Source: Candidatus Latescibacterota bacterium (GTDB lineage: Bacteria > Latescibacterota > UBA2968 > UBA8231). From it: a stretch of DNA of 64,000 bases. The DNA is taken from positions 6,528,001 through 6,592,000 of the forward strand of contig OZ244561.1 of NCBI GenBank assembly GCA_965217585.1, read 5' to 3'. This document shows, piece after piece, positions 1 through 9,819 of the stretch. Position 1 is the stretch's first letter. The number at the start of each line of letters is the position of its first letter. A model generated the notes under the pieces. That model saw only the letters and a list, made by a program, of their open reading frames with translations. It was not told the DNA's origin and ran no database searches. The position numbers and the translations under genes were made by a program.

Positions 1-2181
1 CAAATTGAGCAAGTGGCGCTCCTCTACTTCCCGGCGCGCCCCACCACCTCCTGTAAGCACCCGCGCCAGACCGCGCCCTACGACCACATCGTGCTCGCTG
101 AACTGCCCAGCAGCCCGGCCTTCATCTAGGCGCTCGTGCAAAAGCGCTAGCCCTTCGGCTCCAGCGACCTCTACCCCATCCGGCGCACCAGCGCAGTAGC
201 CTGCGGTGAGTAGGCTGTGCAATTTGGCTACGGCCCGCTTTAAGAGCTGGCCCTCGGCAAAGGCAATCTCGTCCTCAGCGCCTAGAAGGTTCCACGCTCG
301 GGCCTGAAAGGCGTTGTCGCTGAAGTTTCCGGTAAAAATCGTCTCAAACGCGGATGCTATATCGCTTGTTCCCCTTCGTGCCATCTCCATACAGCCGCCG
401 CTGCCGGGGATCAGGCCGACCTTGGTCTCCACCAAGCCCATGCCTAATTCAGCCATCGCCACGCGCGCATCGGCACCCAAGGCGAACTCGCACCCGCCTC
501 CCAGCACCAAGCCGCGGAGGGCCGCGACGACCGGAAAGGGCGCGTAGCGCAGCGCTTGCACGGCCTCTTGGAAGGCGGCGACAAACGCTTCCAGCCCCGG
601 CCAGTCGCTCTCATTGACGAGCTTGGCTACGTGCTTCAAGTCGGCACCGACCGAGAACCAGCGGCCAGCTCCAGCGAGCACCAAGCCAGTAAAGGGGGCC
701 GCATCCACCGCGTGGTGGACGGCTTCTAGTGCCGCTGGCCCCAAGGCGTTCATCTTGCCGCTAAAAACCAATGCCCCCATTCCCTCGTCCAACTCGACCA
801 AGTAGGCCCCGGCATTGGACCAGATGGCTCGCTCGGAAGCTAGCCTAGCCCAATCGTCTGCTGGCTGTTGCCAGCTTTCGCGCCGCAACCGGGTCGGCGA
901 GAAAGCGCCCTGCTCTCCATAAAAGTGCGTTTCACCTGCGGCGAGCAATTGGACGGCGAGGTCGGGTACGCGCTGTTGGTTGGCTTCCAGAGAGGAGACG
1001 ACCTCTTCGACGCCGAAGAGATCCCACAACTCAAAAGGCCCTAGCTCCCAGTTAAATCCCCAGCGCATCGCCTGATCGATTTGGACGATATCGCTGGCTA
1101 TGTCCCCGGCGTGCTCGGCGGCGTAGGCTAGCACGGCCATGAGATGCGCCCTCCCGAGTTGGCCCCACGGGCCTGGATCGTCCCATAAGGCGCGGAGGCG
1201 GCGCGCTGGGGAGCGCTCGCTCAACGCCGATTCCAAGGTCTCCACCTTTTGCACGGGTTGGTAGGCGAAGGTATCCAAGTCGAGGGCCTCGATACCCGCC
1301 TCAGCCTTGCGGTAAAACCCGGCATTGACCTTGGCCCCGAGTAAGTTCTCCTCCAACATCCGCCGATAAAACGCCGGCAGCGTAAAAAGCGACCGCCACG
1401 GATCCGCTGGCAACCCCTTGTAGCTGGTCTCGGCCACGTGCGCGACCGTGTCCAAACCCACGATGTCGCAAACGCGCAAGGTCGCGCTTTGGGGCCGCCC
1501 CATCAGGGGGCCGGTTAGCGCGTCAACTTCGGCCACACCCAACCCGTCCTGCTCCATCCTCTGCAGCATGTCGCAGACGGCAAAAATCCACAGGCGATTG
1601 CCGATAAAATTAGGCGTGTCTCGGCCGCAGACCACGCCCTTGCCCAACTCCCCGGCGAGGAAATCCACCATCTGCTGGACGATAGCTGGCTCGGTGTCAG
1701 GCCCGGGTATGACTTCGACCAGCTTCATGTAGCGCGGCGGGTTGAAGAAATGTACCCCAAGGAAGCGGCGGCAAAACTCCGGCGACCGGCCGTGGACCAA
1801 ATCGGCGATGGATAGCCCCGAGGTATTGCTGCTGATGACCAATCCGTCGTGTAGGTACGGCTCCAAGCGGGCCAGCAACGACCGCTTGGGCGCGCTTTCT
1901 TCTACTACGGCTTCAATGACCCAATCGGCCGCTCCAACGCATGTTAGTTCCTCCATGCTTCCCAGCTCGATGCGCTGGGCCATCTCCTCTAGATAGAAAG
2001 CGGGAGGTCGGCTCGCGAGGGCCTTCTCCAGCCCCTGACGCGCGCGGCCCGCCCCATCGCCTGCCAGCGGCAGGTCGAGGAGGCGCACCTTGTGGCCCGC
2101 ACAGGCGAGTAGGGCCGCGATTTGCCCTCCCATGACCCCAGCGCCGAGCACCACTACGTTTGTCACTTTTTCATTCTCCAT
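1..2181 (-). CDS. 3-hydroxyacyl-CoA dehydrogenase/enoyl-CoA hydratase (FadN-type), runs off the left edge of the window
   Basis: Not in the ORF track (no stop in window). Hand translation from ATG 2181 gives MENEKVTNVVVLGAGVMGGQIAA (Rossmann GxGxxG) and FLGVHFFNPP; the crotonase part has FSVGADL and GLVLGGGCEF...GLVETKVGLIPGSGG. Confidence 0.9.
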   Translation of the reverse strand, partial: MENEKVTNVVVLGAGVMGGQIAALLACAGHKVRLLDLPLAGDGAGRARQGLEKALASRPPAFYLEEMAQRIELGSMEELTCVGAADWVIEAVVEESAPKRSLLARLEPYLHDGLVISSNTSGLSIADLVHGRSPEFCRRFLGVHFFNPPRYMKLVEVIPGPDTEPAIVQQMVDFLAGELGKGVVCGRDTPNFIGNRLWIFAVCDMLQRMEQDGLGVAEVDALTGPLMGRPQSATLRVCDIVGLDTVAHVAETSYKGLPADPWRSLFTLPAFYRRMLEENLLGAKVNAGFYRKAEAGIEALDLDTFAYQPVQKVETLESALSERSPARRLRALWDDPGPWGQLGRAHLMAVLAYAAEHAGDIASDIVQIDQAMRWGFNWELGPFELWDLFGVEEVVSSLEANQQRVPDLAVQLLAAGETHFYGEQGAFSPTRLRRESWQQPADDWARLASERAIWSNAGAYLVELDEGMGALVFSGKMNALGPAALEAVHHAVDAAPFTGLVLAGAGRWFSVGADLKHVAKLVNESDWPGLEAFVAAFQEAVQALRYAPFPVVAALRGLVLGGGCEFALGADARVAMAELGMGLVETKVGLIPGSGGCMEMARRGTSDIASAFETIFTGNFSDNAFQARAWNLLGAEDEIAFAEGQLLKRAVAKLHSLLTAGYCAGAPDGVEVAGAEGLALLHERLDEGRAAGQFSEHDVVVGRGLARVLTGGGGARREVEERHLLNL

Positions 2182-2428
2182 TTTCCCCTCCCGTCGGGAA
2201 GAGGGAGAGTTGATCTGGATTGGACGGCGTCGCCCTACCCCGCAAGAGCGCCGGTCCCTCGTGGTACAGGGCCAACCAGCGCTCGATCTCGCTCAGGCGA
2301 AATCGCACTAGCTTGCCAAGTCTATAGTGGGGAATCTGGCCTCGACGGACCATGCGACGCACAGTGGAGGGCGAACAGCGGAGATAGGCGGCGACCTCTC
2401 CGGCGATCATCATCCGTTCCTGAACCAT
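2171..2428 (-). CDS. Small helix-turn-helix DNA-binding protein (excisionase/HTH_17-like)
   Basis: EVAAYLRCSPSTVRRMVRRGQIPHYRLGKLVRFRLSEIERWL is a typical HTH_17 pattern; overlaps the start of the downstream gene. Confidence 0.8.
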   Translation of the reverse strand: MVQERMMIAGEVAAYLRCSPSTVRRMVRRGQIPHYRLGKLVRFRLSEIERWLALYHEGPALLRGRATPSNPDQLSLFPTGGENGE

Positions 2429-2446
2429 AGCTCTGCACCCAAGTGC

Positions 2447-2887
2447 TCAGCAACGCAGAAGGCGCTCGGCAACAAAGAAATTGTTGTCGGTTTCCTGGAT
2501 GGAAACTTCGATGTGGTACTGATAGCCGCGCCGCGGGAACAGCCCCTGTAATACCTCGACTGCTTGGTCAAGGCAGTACTCGGCCACGTTTTCCACACTC
2601 GGATTTTCGCCTGGAATGACCACGACCCCCTGCGGATCAAAGAGCTTAGGGTCGAGAAAGGTCGCATCCCGAGCGGCAACCAGCATTTTGTGATCCAAGA
2701 ATTTGAAGATGTCCTTGAGCGCACCGAAGTCAACGGTCATGTCCAGTTTTTCGAGCCGCGGAAAGCGCTCGGTGCGGACGACGAACACGCCGCGCCAAGT
2801 ATGCCCGTGGACGTAGGCGCATTTGCCGTCGTAGTCTAGCTGCCGATGGGCGGCGTGGAATTTACCTCGCGCCTTAATGGTCTCCAT
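2447..2887 (-). CDS. queD: 6-carboxytetrahydropterin synthase / PTPS family
   Basis: From ATG 2887: FHAAHRQ...KCAYVHGHTW...VDFGALK...LDH...NPSVENVAE...QET, the Zn-binding T-fold motifs. Confidence 0.85.
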   Translation of the reverse strand: METIKARGKFHAAHRQLDYDGKCAYVHGHTWRGVFVVRTERFPRLEKLDMTVDFGALKDIFKFLDHKMLVAARDATFLDPKLFDPQGVVVIPGENPSVENVAEYCLDQAVEVLQGLFPRRGYQYHIEVSIQETDNNFFVAERLLRC

Positions 2888-3146
2888 GCAAGTTATCCCC
2901 CTCGATCCCTGCCAGCACTTTCTCCAAGCGAGTGCGGTAGTACCAAGTCCCCACCGACGTGAGGGCCTGCAACGCGATGACGTAGTAGAGTACCTTGCCA
3001 ATCGCGCGCACCCACTCCGCTGTCGAGATCGTGGTTAGGATGATGATGAGCGCAAAAGCCGCGAGTATGACCCCGGTGTTGATGCGGAGCATCTTCTGGC
3101 ATAGCGCCAGTATTTTGTGCCGTGCTGCGTTGGTGTCTTCCGCCAT
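2874..3146 (-). CDS. Small hypothetical membrane protein (2 TM)
   Basis: Two hydrophobic segments; fills the gap between dxr and queD with tight spacing. Confidence 0.7.
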   Translation of the reverse strand: MAEDTNAARHKILALCQKMLRINTGVILAAFALIIILTTISTAEWVRAIGKVLYYVIALQALTSVGTWYYRTRLEKVLAGIEGDNLHGDH

Positions 3147-3149
3147 AAG

Positions 3150-4316
3150 TTATCCCGCCTGTCCAGCGACCCACTCCCGGGCTAGCCGCCGTGCACAGCG
3201 GTCCTCGTCTAATATGGATTCGAGGGAAACCGCCTCCTGCGTGCCGCAGCGTGCAAGCACGTCGCGGTTCAGGTCGGCGATGTCGAGGAACCCGATTTTC
3301 CGCGCCAAAAAAGCCCCCACAGCTTCCTCATTGGCCGCGTTGAGGGCGGCTGGAAAGGTCCCTCCATTCCGGCCGGCTTCGTAGCACAGATCCAGACAGG
3401 GAAAATTCGCTCTGTCCGGAGCGGCGAAACTCAGTTGGCCCACTTGCTTGAGGTCGAGGCTGTCGAGAGGCACCTCCCGCCGCTCTGGGTGGGTCAGCGC
3501 GTATTGGATCGGCAGCAGCATATCGGTCTTGCCCATGTGCGCCAACAGCGATCCATCGGCAAATTCAACCAGTGCATGCACAACCGACTGGCGGTGGACG
3601 ACCACATCCACTTGTTCGACCGCCACGCCAAAGAGCCAAGCAGCCTCGATAACTTCAAAGCCCTTGTTCATCAGGGTTGCCGAATCCACGCTGATTTTGG
3701 GGCCCATTTTCCAAGTGGGGTGATCGATAGCCTGCTCTGGGGTAATGTCGCGCATCTGCTCGCGACTGTGCCCAAAAAACGGCCCCCCAGAGGCCGTGAG
3801 GATGATCCGCTTCAGGCTTTTGCGATTTTCGCCCTTCAGGCACTGCCAAATGGCATTGGGTTCGCTGTCCAACGGCAGCACGGTCCCCCCGCCGCGCTGG
3901 GCTTGCTGCAAGATTAGCCCGCCGGCCATAACCAAGGGCTCCTTATTGGCCATGGCCACGGTCTTGCCCTGCGCCAATGCCGCCAGCGTCGGAGCGAGGC
4001 CGACGGCACCGACGAGCCCATTGACCACTATATCGGCCTCCGGCATGGTGGCGAGCTCACACAGCCCCTCTTCGCCACAAACCACCTCGACCCGCGGCAA
4101 TGCGCTCTGCACCTGTTTTCTAGCCTCGACATCTAGAACGCAGATTTTTTGCGGTTGCCAGTGGCGCGCGCGCACGATCAGCTTTTCGACCTTAGAGCCA
4201 CCTCCCAAGCCCACGACCTCGTACCCATCTCCCAAATTTTCGAGGACCTTGAAACACGTGTCTCCAATGGACCCGGTGCAGCCGATAACGACGATTTTGG
4301 GGGGGTCGTCAGCCAT
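3150..4316 (-). CDS. dxr: 1-deoxy-D-xylulose-5-phosphate reductoisomerase
   Basis: GCTGSIG, ANKE, LPLDSE, LTASGGPF, HPTWKMGPKISVDSATLMNKGFEVIEA, NAANEEAV. Confidence 0.97.
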   Translation of the reverse strand: MADDPPKIVVIGCTGSIGDTCFKVLENLGDGYEVVGLGGGSKVEKLIVRARHWQPQKICVLDVEARKQVQSALPRVEVVCGEEGLCELATMPEADIVVNGLVGAVGLAPTLAALAQGKTVAMANKEPLVMAGGLILQQAQRGGGTVLPLDSEPNAIWQCLKGENRKSLKRIILTASGGPFFGHSREQMRDITPEQAIDHPTWKMGPKISVDSATLMNKGFEVIEAAWLFGVAVEQVDVVVHRQSVVHALVEFADGSLLAHMGKTDMLLPIQYALTHPERREVPLDSLDLKQVGQLSFAAPDRANFPCLDLCYEAGRNGGTFPAALNAANEEAVGAFLARKIGFLDIADLNRDVLARCGTQEAVSLESILDEDRCARRLAREWVAGQAG

Positions 4317-4333
4317 GTTCAGTTGGGGCGAAT

Positions 4334-5992
4334 CTAGCTGCTGTCGCCCCCTCTGCGCCCCCCGTTGCGCGGCCGACGACCGTTCCCATTGCGGGCGCCG
4401 TTATTACGCCGGTCACCGCGGCCCCGTTCGGTATGGCGCACCACCTGCGTCTGGCGCACGACCACGACCTTGACTTGACCTGCAAAGGTCAATTCGGCCT
4501 TGACCCGCTCGGCTACATCGAACGCCAGCATCTCAGCGTCTTCATCCCCGATCTGCTCACCGCAAACCATGACGCGGATTTCGCGACCAGCGTTGATGGC
4601 GTACACGTCGTTGACGCCCCCAAACGACGTCGCGATTTCTTCCAAGCGCATGATGCGGCGGGTATAGCCTTCGAGGTCTTCGCGCCGCCCCCCGGGCCGT
4701 ATCGACGATATAGTATCCGCTGCCTTAACCAAGAAGCAGATCGGCGAAAGGCGCTCGTGGTCCTCGTGGTGCTCGGCGATGACTTCCTTGACGGTCAGAT
4801 GCTCGTCAAATCGCTCGCCGAGCTTAATGCCCAATTCGACGTGGCCCCCTTCCATCTCCTTGCTGACGGTCTTGCCGATATCGTGCAAGAGGCCCGCCCG
4901 CTTGGCCAACGGCACATCCAATCCTACTTCGGCGGCCATCAACCCCGATAAATGGGCGACTTCTAGGCAGTGCTGTAAAAGGTTTTGCCCAAAGCTAGCG
5001 CGATATTTGAGCATGCCCACGTAATGGGGCAAATCGGCGTGGTATTGGCTAGCCCCAATCTCGCTGAGGGTGCTCTTGCCGACCTCGACCATGTCTTTGT
5101 CTAGGGCCTTGCGGCACTCCTCTACCACTTCCTCGATTTTGGTCGGGGTGAAGCCACCGGCACCGATTAGCTGATGCATCGCACGGCTGGCCACTTCGCG
5201 CCGCGCTGGATCGTAGGACGAAAGCAACACGGCGTCGGGTGTATCATCGACCACGACTTTGACTCCGGTCGCCGTCTCAAATGCGCGCACATTGCGCCCT
5301 TCCTTGCCGATAATGCGACTTTTGATTCCCTCGTTGGGCAAGGGCACCGTCGAGGTGACCAAATGGACGGTCTCTTCAACTGCACAGCGCTGAATGGCTT
5401 GGGCGATGATTTTTTTCGCTTCTCGATCCGACTCTTCCTTCGCCTTGGTGCGCTCGCTGCGGATCATGGCCGCCGCTCGCCCGCGGACCTCGCTGGCCAG
5501 ATGCTCCATCATCTGTTCGCGCGCCTCGTCTGCGGGCAGCCCACTGGCCAGCTCTAGACGTTGCTGGTACTCGATGCGCATCTGGCCCAGTTCCTGTTCT
5601 TCCTCTTTTAAGGTCCGTTCGCGTTGGCCAATCCGCCGCTCCTGATTTTTGAGGCGGTTCCACGCTCGGCTCTGCTCTTCTTTTTGGCTATTGAGGTCGC
5701 GCACAAGCTGTGCCAAGCTCTTATCGCGGCGGTCCAAATCGGCCAATTGATCTTCTAACTCGGCCTCTTGGCGGGCTTTGGTTTTATACCAGTTATCCCG
5801 CTCTTCGAGTAAGCTCAGCCGTACCGCGCGCTCTTCTTCGGCCAACTGCTGCCGCACTCGGTCTTCTGCCTCTCTCTCTACTTGGGGCAGGACGCCCCTT
5901 TTTAATTGATAACTCAGCAGAAAACCCAGACCTCCGCCCAAAGCGAGCAGGCCCAAGCCCGCTAATGCTTGGATCATATCTGGATATTCCAT
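4334..5992 (-). CDS. rny: Ribonuclease Y
   Basis: N-terminal TM, coiled coil, KH domain (RIIGKEGRNVRAFE), HD domain (GLLHDIGK), YAINAGREIRV; Arg/Gly/Asn-rich tail. Confidence 0.95.
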   Translation of the reverse strand: MEYPDMIQALAGLGLLALGGGLGFLLSYQLKRGVLPQVEREAEDRVRQQLAEEERAVRLSLLEERDNWYKTKARQEAELEDQLADLDRRDKSLAQLVRDLNSQKEEQSRAWNRLKNQERRIGQRERTLKEEEQELGQMRIEYQQRLELASGLPADEAREQMMEHLASEVRGRAAAMIRSERTKAKEESDREAKKIIAQAIQRCAVEETVHLVTSTVPLPNEGIKSRIIGKEGRNVRAFETATGVKVVVDDTPDAVLLSSYDPARREVASRAMHQLIGAGGFTPTKIEEVVEECRKALDKDMVEVGKSTLSEIGASQYHADLPHYVGMLKYRASFGQNLLQHCLEVAHLSGLMAAEVGLDVPLAKRAGLLHDIGKTVSKEMEGGHVELGIKLGERFDEHLTVKEVIAEHHEDHERLSPICFLVKAADTISSIRPGGRREDLEGYTRRIMRLEEIATSFGGVNDVYAINAGREIRVMVCGEQIGDEDAEMLAFDVAERVKAELTFAGQVKVVVVRQTQVVRHTERGRGDRRNNGARNGNGRRPRNGGRRGGDSS

Positions 5993-6087
5993 TGCTGTAA
6001 GCCTTGATGGTCTTGTTTAATTGTTGCTAATAGATAAGGCATACGAGTCCACAAGGGCAAATGCCGGCCCTTGTAGCTTCCCGCTCG

Positions 6088-7449
6088 CTACGCTTGGATA
6101 GCGGCCTCTAGCGCCGCTTGCCGCATGGCCGCGCGTTCGGCCGGGTCGCTCCAGCGCTGGACGATCAGCGGGTCGAGCGCATCTAGGGGATCGTAATAAA
6201 AGAAGAACTCGCCGGGCCGCACGGCCGGACTGGTAAATACGGCGATGCCCGTCTGGCGATCGTAGTGTTCGTAGGAGTGGACATCGCGTTTCCCACCGCC
6301 CCCCATAGTGTCGAGCACAAAGGCCGGCGTATTGAACCCAGCGGTCCGCCCCCGAACCGACTTCTCCAAGTCGATCGCCGTCGCTAAGGTCGTGCGCAGC
6401 TCTTCGACCCCGCGAACCATATCGTGGACAAAGGTGTAATACGGATGCACGTTGAGGTAGCTGAGCCGCCGCACGAGATCCTGCATGGTGTCGACGTCGT
6501 CATTGACGTCCTTTTGCAAGACGGTTTGGTTGCGCACGCAGATGCCGCGCTCCATCAATTCGTCGAGTGCGAGGCCACTGATGGCCGTGATTTCGCGCGG
6601 GTGGTTGAAATGCGTGTGCAGCGCGACTTCCTTGTGAACCTTGCGCCCCGCTTCGACAACTCGTGTAAGGGCATCGACCCACTCTCGGTCTGTGACGAGT
6701 TTCTGCGGCATAATCGCCGGAGCCTTCGTCGCGTAGCGCATCCGCCGCACATGCTCAATGTTGAGCAAGCGAGTACCGATGTATTCGATGTGTTCGGCCT
6801 TGAGGTTGGCCACATCGCCGCCGCTGATGACGATGTCTTCTAACTCGGGTCGCGAAGAGATATAAGCAAAAACCTGCTCCCACCGCTGGACAACAGCCCC
6901 AAAATGCACTTTTTCCACATCCTCGGTATCCAACCCTACCGCATAAGAGCGGGTGCAGAAACGACAGTACACCGGACAGGTATCAAGCGTCAGAAACAGC
7001 GCCCGGTCGGCATAGCGATGCGTCAGGCCCGGCACGGGGGAATCCATTTGTTCGTGCAGCGAATCTAGGGCGAGCTCCGGGTGATCGGGCCGCATACGCG
7101 ACCCCATGGGCAGAAACTGAATGCGCAGCGGATCCTCGGCTGGCTCCGACCAGTCGATCAAGCTCAGCAGGTACGGGGAAATCCGCAGGCTCATCGGCGA
7201 GCGCAAAAGCCCCTGCTCGACATCTCGATAAAACGCCTCTGGAACGAGGCTACCGAGCACCTCGCGCAGCTTCTTCAGGCTCGTCACGCTATTGCGGCTC
7301 TGAAAGCGGTGCTCGTGGAACTCATCTGCACGCAAATCGGCATAGGCGGGGATAACGCGCCAATACTCGTCGTCGCGCAAGTCCCAGTGGGATATATCGA
7401 GTACCGCGCTGGTAGGCGGCGTCAGTACCTGCTCTTGAATCTCAGACAT
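6088..7449 (-). CDS. KamA-family radical SAM aminomutase (lysine 2,3-aminomutase-like)
   Basis: GLTHRY, CPVYCRFCTR (CX3CX2C), ISGGD, HFNHPREIT, NQTVL, GGGGK (PLP lysine). Confidence 0.9.
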   Translation of the reverse strand: MSEIQEQVLTPPTSAVLDISHWDLRDDEYWRVIPAYADLRADEFHEHRFQSRNSVTSLKKLREVLGSLVPEAFYRDVEQGLLRSPMSLRISPYLLSLIDWSEPAEDPLRIQFLPMGSRMRPDHPELALDSLHEQMDSPVPGLTHRYADRALFLTLDTCPVYCRFCTRSYAVGLDTEDVEKVHFGAVVQRWEQVFAYISSRPELEDIVISGGDVANLKAEHIEYIGTRLLNIEHVRRMRYATKAPAIMPQKLVTDREWVDALTRVVEAGRKVHKEVALHTHFNHPREITAISGLALDELMERGICVRNQTVLQKDVNDDVDTMQDLVRRLSYLNVHPYYTFVHDMVRGVEELRTTLATAIDLEKSVRGRTAGFNTPAFVLDTMGGGGKRDVHSYEHYDRQTGIAVFTSPAVRPGEFFFYYDPLDALDPLIVQRWSDPAERAAMRQAALEAAIQA

Positions 7450-7468
7450 GGGTTTGTCCCGTGCTGCT

Positions 7469-8095
7469 TCAATTTTTCTTGATTAAATTGAAAAATTCCT
7501 CGCGCACTATCGGCTCGGCAAAACGGCCCCGGAGCGCCGAAGTGGTCGTCACCGCTCCAGGCCTTTCCACCCCCCGCATCTCCATACACAAATGCCGGGC
7601 CTCCATTACGACGATGGATCCTTTGGGTGCCAGCTTCGCTTCGAGGAAGTCCACAATTTGCTTGGTGAGACGTTCTTGAAGCTGGGGCCGGCGGGCATAG
7701 AATTCGACGACGCGCACGATTTTGCTCAAGCCGACGATGGCGTCCCCAGGTATGTAGGCTATGTGCGCCTTGCCGAAGAACGGGATCATGTGGTGGGAAC
7801 AAACCGAAAAGAACTCAATGTCCTTGACGATCACCATGTTGCCGTAGCCATCGCTATTGGGAAAGCAGGTAATCTCCGGTTCGCCTTGGTCGTCCAGTTC
7901 CCGAAAGATCTCCATGTACATCCGCCCGACGCGGTCTGGGGTACCCCGCAAGTGCGGATCGTTCAAGTCGAGCTCCAAAACCTGCATGATTTGGGCGAAG
8001 TGACCGGCTATTTCGGCAGCCTTGGCCTTGTTCTGGCCCTGGAGCCAGCTCGGGGTATCTCGCTCGCTAAGCGGCCCTGTCGTCGCATCTTCCAT
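7469..8095 (-). CDS. folE: GTP cyclohydrolase I
   Basis: TPDRV, CSHHMIPFFG, GLSKIVR, RRPQLQERLT, HLCMEMRGV. Confidence 0.97.
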   Translation of the reverse strand: MEDATTGPLSERDTPSWLQGQNKAKAAEIAGHFAQIMQVLELDLNDPHLRGTPDRVGRMYMEIFRELDDQGEPEITCFPNSDGYGNMVIVKDIEFFSVCSHHMIPFFGKAHIAYIPGDAIVGLSKIVRVVEFYARRPQLQERLTKQIVDFLEAKLAPKGSIVVMEARHLCMEMRGVERPGAVTTTSALRGRFAEPIVREEFFNLIKKN

Positions 8096-8179
8096 TGCGT
8101 GCTTTCCTTTGCGGGCACTATAAACAGTGGGGCAAAGCCGTTTGTGCCTTGCCCCACTCTACTGCGAAAACGAAGTGCT

Positions 8180-8647
8180 TCAGTTGAGCGATTGCAAACA
8201 AGCCCTGATCGCCGCAAAATCTGGCAGGACCTTGGGATTGTCGGACACCCAAGCGTAGCGTACGGTGCCTTGCCCATCGACGACAAAAGCCGAGCGCTTG
8301 GCAACGCCTCTGAAGCCCAACAAGTCTTCGTGCTGGGCACCGTACGCAGCGGATACCTCCTTGTTGAAATCGCTGAGCAGCGGAATCTCAATGCCTTCCT
8401 TTTCGGCCCAAGCGCTGAGGCTAAACGGACTATCGACGCTGATTCCCAAAACTTGGGCATCGAGCTCCTGGTACGCATTGATTCCAGCGGAAATCTCGCA
8501 CAACTCCTGCGTACAGACGCCAGTGAAGGCCAGCGGCACGAAGAGCAAGACGACGTTTTTACCGGCGAACTCTCCAAGGCTTACGTCCTCCATGTCCGCA
8601 TTCTTGAGGGTGAACGCAGGCGCGTTGTCTCCTACTTGAATCGCCAT
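8180..8647 (-). CDS. Peroxiredoxin (AhpE/BCP-like)
   Basis: PLAFTGVCTQE (PxxxTxxC), GISVDS, LLSDF. Confidence 0.92.
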   Translation of the reverse strand: MAIQVGDNAPAFTLKNADMEDVSLGEFAGKNVVLLFVPLAFTGVCTQELCEISAGINAYQELDAQVLGISVDSPFSLSAWAEKEGIEIPLLSDFNKEVSAAYGAQHEDLLGFRGVAKRSAFVVDGQGTVRYAWVSDNPKVLPDFAAIRACLQSLN

Positions 8648-8650
8648 CTG

Positions 8651-9271
8651 CTAACTCCCCATCGCCTCGGCAAAGCGGCGATTGACTTCGTTCCAGTTGA
8701 TGACCTTGGTCCAAGCCTCGATGTAGTCGGGGCGGCGGTTCTGGTAGTTGAGGTAATAGGCGTGTTCCCAGACATCGATGCCGAGGATGGGCACTCCGTC
8801 GCCGGTCATTAGGGGATTATCTTGGTTGGCAGTGCTGAGGAGGTCTAGCTTGCCGTCCTTGACTACGACCCAAGCCCAGCCGCTGCCGAACCGTTTGGTT
8901 GCGGCGTCCACGAAGGCTTGGTGAGCCTCGTCTTGGCTACCGATTGCGGCTTCCACGGCAGCCAGAAATTCGGCCGAAGGCTCGCCGCGCTCCCCTGCTG
9001 GAGCCATGATCTGCCAAAACAGGCTGTGGTTGGCATGACCGCCGCCGTGGTTGCGCACCGCCGTGCGGATGCTCTCGGGGACGGCGTCGAGGTCACTGAT
9101 GAGGTCTTCGACGCTTTTAGCGGCCAAGTCATCGTGCCCTTCGAGCGCGGTGTTGAGGCTGGTCACATAGGTATTGTGATGCTTGGTGTGGTGAATCTCC
9201 ATGGTGCGGGCGTCTATGACAGGCTCTAGCGCGTCATAGGCATAGGGGAGATCGGGAAGAGAGTGAGCCAT
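8651..9271 (-). CDS. sodA: Superoxide dismutase, probably Mn
   Basis: [30 protein letters not shown]. Confidence 0.95.
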   Translation of the reverse strand: MAHSLPDLPYAYDALEPVIDARTMEIHHTKHHNTYVTSLNTALEGHDDLAAKSVEDLISDLDAVPESIRTAVRNHGGGHANHSLFWQIMAPAGERGEPSAEFLAAVEAAIGSQDEAHQAFVDAATKRFGSGWAWVVVKDGKLDLLSTANQDNPLMTGDGVPILGIDVWEHAYYLNYQNRRPDYIEAWTKVINWNEVNRRFAEAMGS

Positions 9272-9316
9272 GGTGCAATCCTTTCGGCTTGAGGTTAAAA
9301 TGCAAGAGTAAATGCG

Positions 9317-9694
9317 TTAAGAGATCGTATTGGCTTGGTAGTTTTTCACTAAGGCCCGAGTCGCATCAGCGGCTAATTGGGCGGCGTGGCGCTTCATGGG
9401 TGGTAGCCCTCCTAGCGCCTCTTCAATAGCTGCCGGCTCTAGCTGGGCGGCGTCCACCAGCAACAAGTCTGCCAGCAATTCGGTGAGCACCGAACCAGCC
9501 GCGACCGAAGGCGCGCAGCCAAAGGTCTTGCAGCTAGCGCGGACGATGCGACCGTCTTCGACGCGGGCAAAAAGCTGCATCGCATCGCCGCAGGCCTGAT
9601 TCTCAGCTTGCCCCGAGGCATTGGCATCACCGATTTGCCCAGCGTTGCGGGGATGCCGGTAGTGGTCGAAAACTGCTGCGCTAAAGGAGGTCAT
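9317..9694 (-). CDS. iscU: Fe-S cluster scaffold, IscU/NifU N-terminal family
   Basis: DHYRHPRN, NQACGD, FGCAPS, LGGLPPMKRHAA; the usual third Cys after KxH is Ala here. Confidence 0.85.
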   Translation of the reverse strand: MTSFSAAVFDHYRHPRNAGQIGDANASGQAENQACGDAMQLFARVEDGRIVRASCKTFGCAPSVAAGSVLTELLADLLLVDAAQLEPAAIEEALGGLPPMKRHAAQLAADATRALVKNYQANTIS

Positions 9695-9740
9695 TTACTC
9701 GCTTCAACAGCATAGTGAAGAGGTCCGAGAAACGGGTTGT

Positions 9741-9769
9741 ATAATACTTGGGACCGAGAGGATTGTCAA
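9741..9769 (-). promoter_or_regulatory. sigma-70-type promoter for the iscU-sodA-prx genes
   Basis: Minus strand reads TTGACA-N17-TATTAT. Confidence 0.7.
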
Positions 9770-9819
9770 CCACACATCCCCCTGAACTGCAATCTATACA
9801 ACGAGTTAGAGCCACCGTA

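Noticed and set aside
2171-2428. Excisionase marking a prophage or ICE
   Set aside because: No integrase, att repeat or phage genes; the gene is embedded among housekeeping genes.
5993-6087. 6S RNA upstream of rny
   Set aside because: The gap is only about 95 bp, too short, and no long hairpin is visible.
7592-8812. 406-aa plus-strand ORF and similar long ORFs (15961-17016, 46337-47179, 54717-55958, 62412-63524)
   Set aside because: Antisense or off-frame shadows of well-supported genes, as expected in GC-rich DNA; no motifs.
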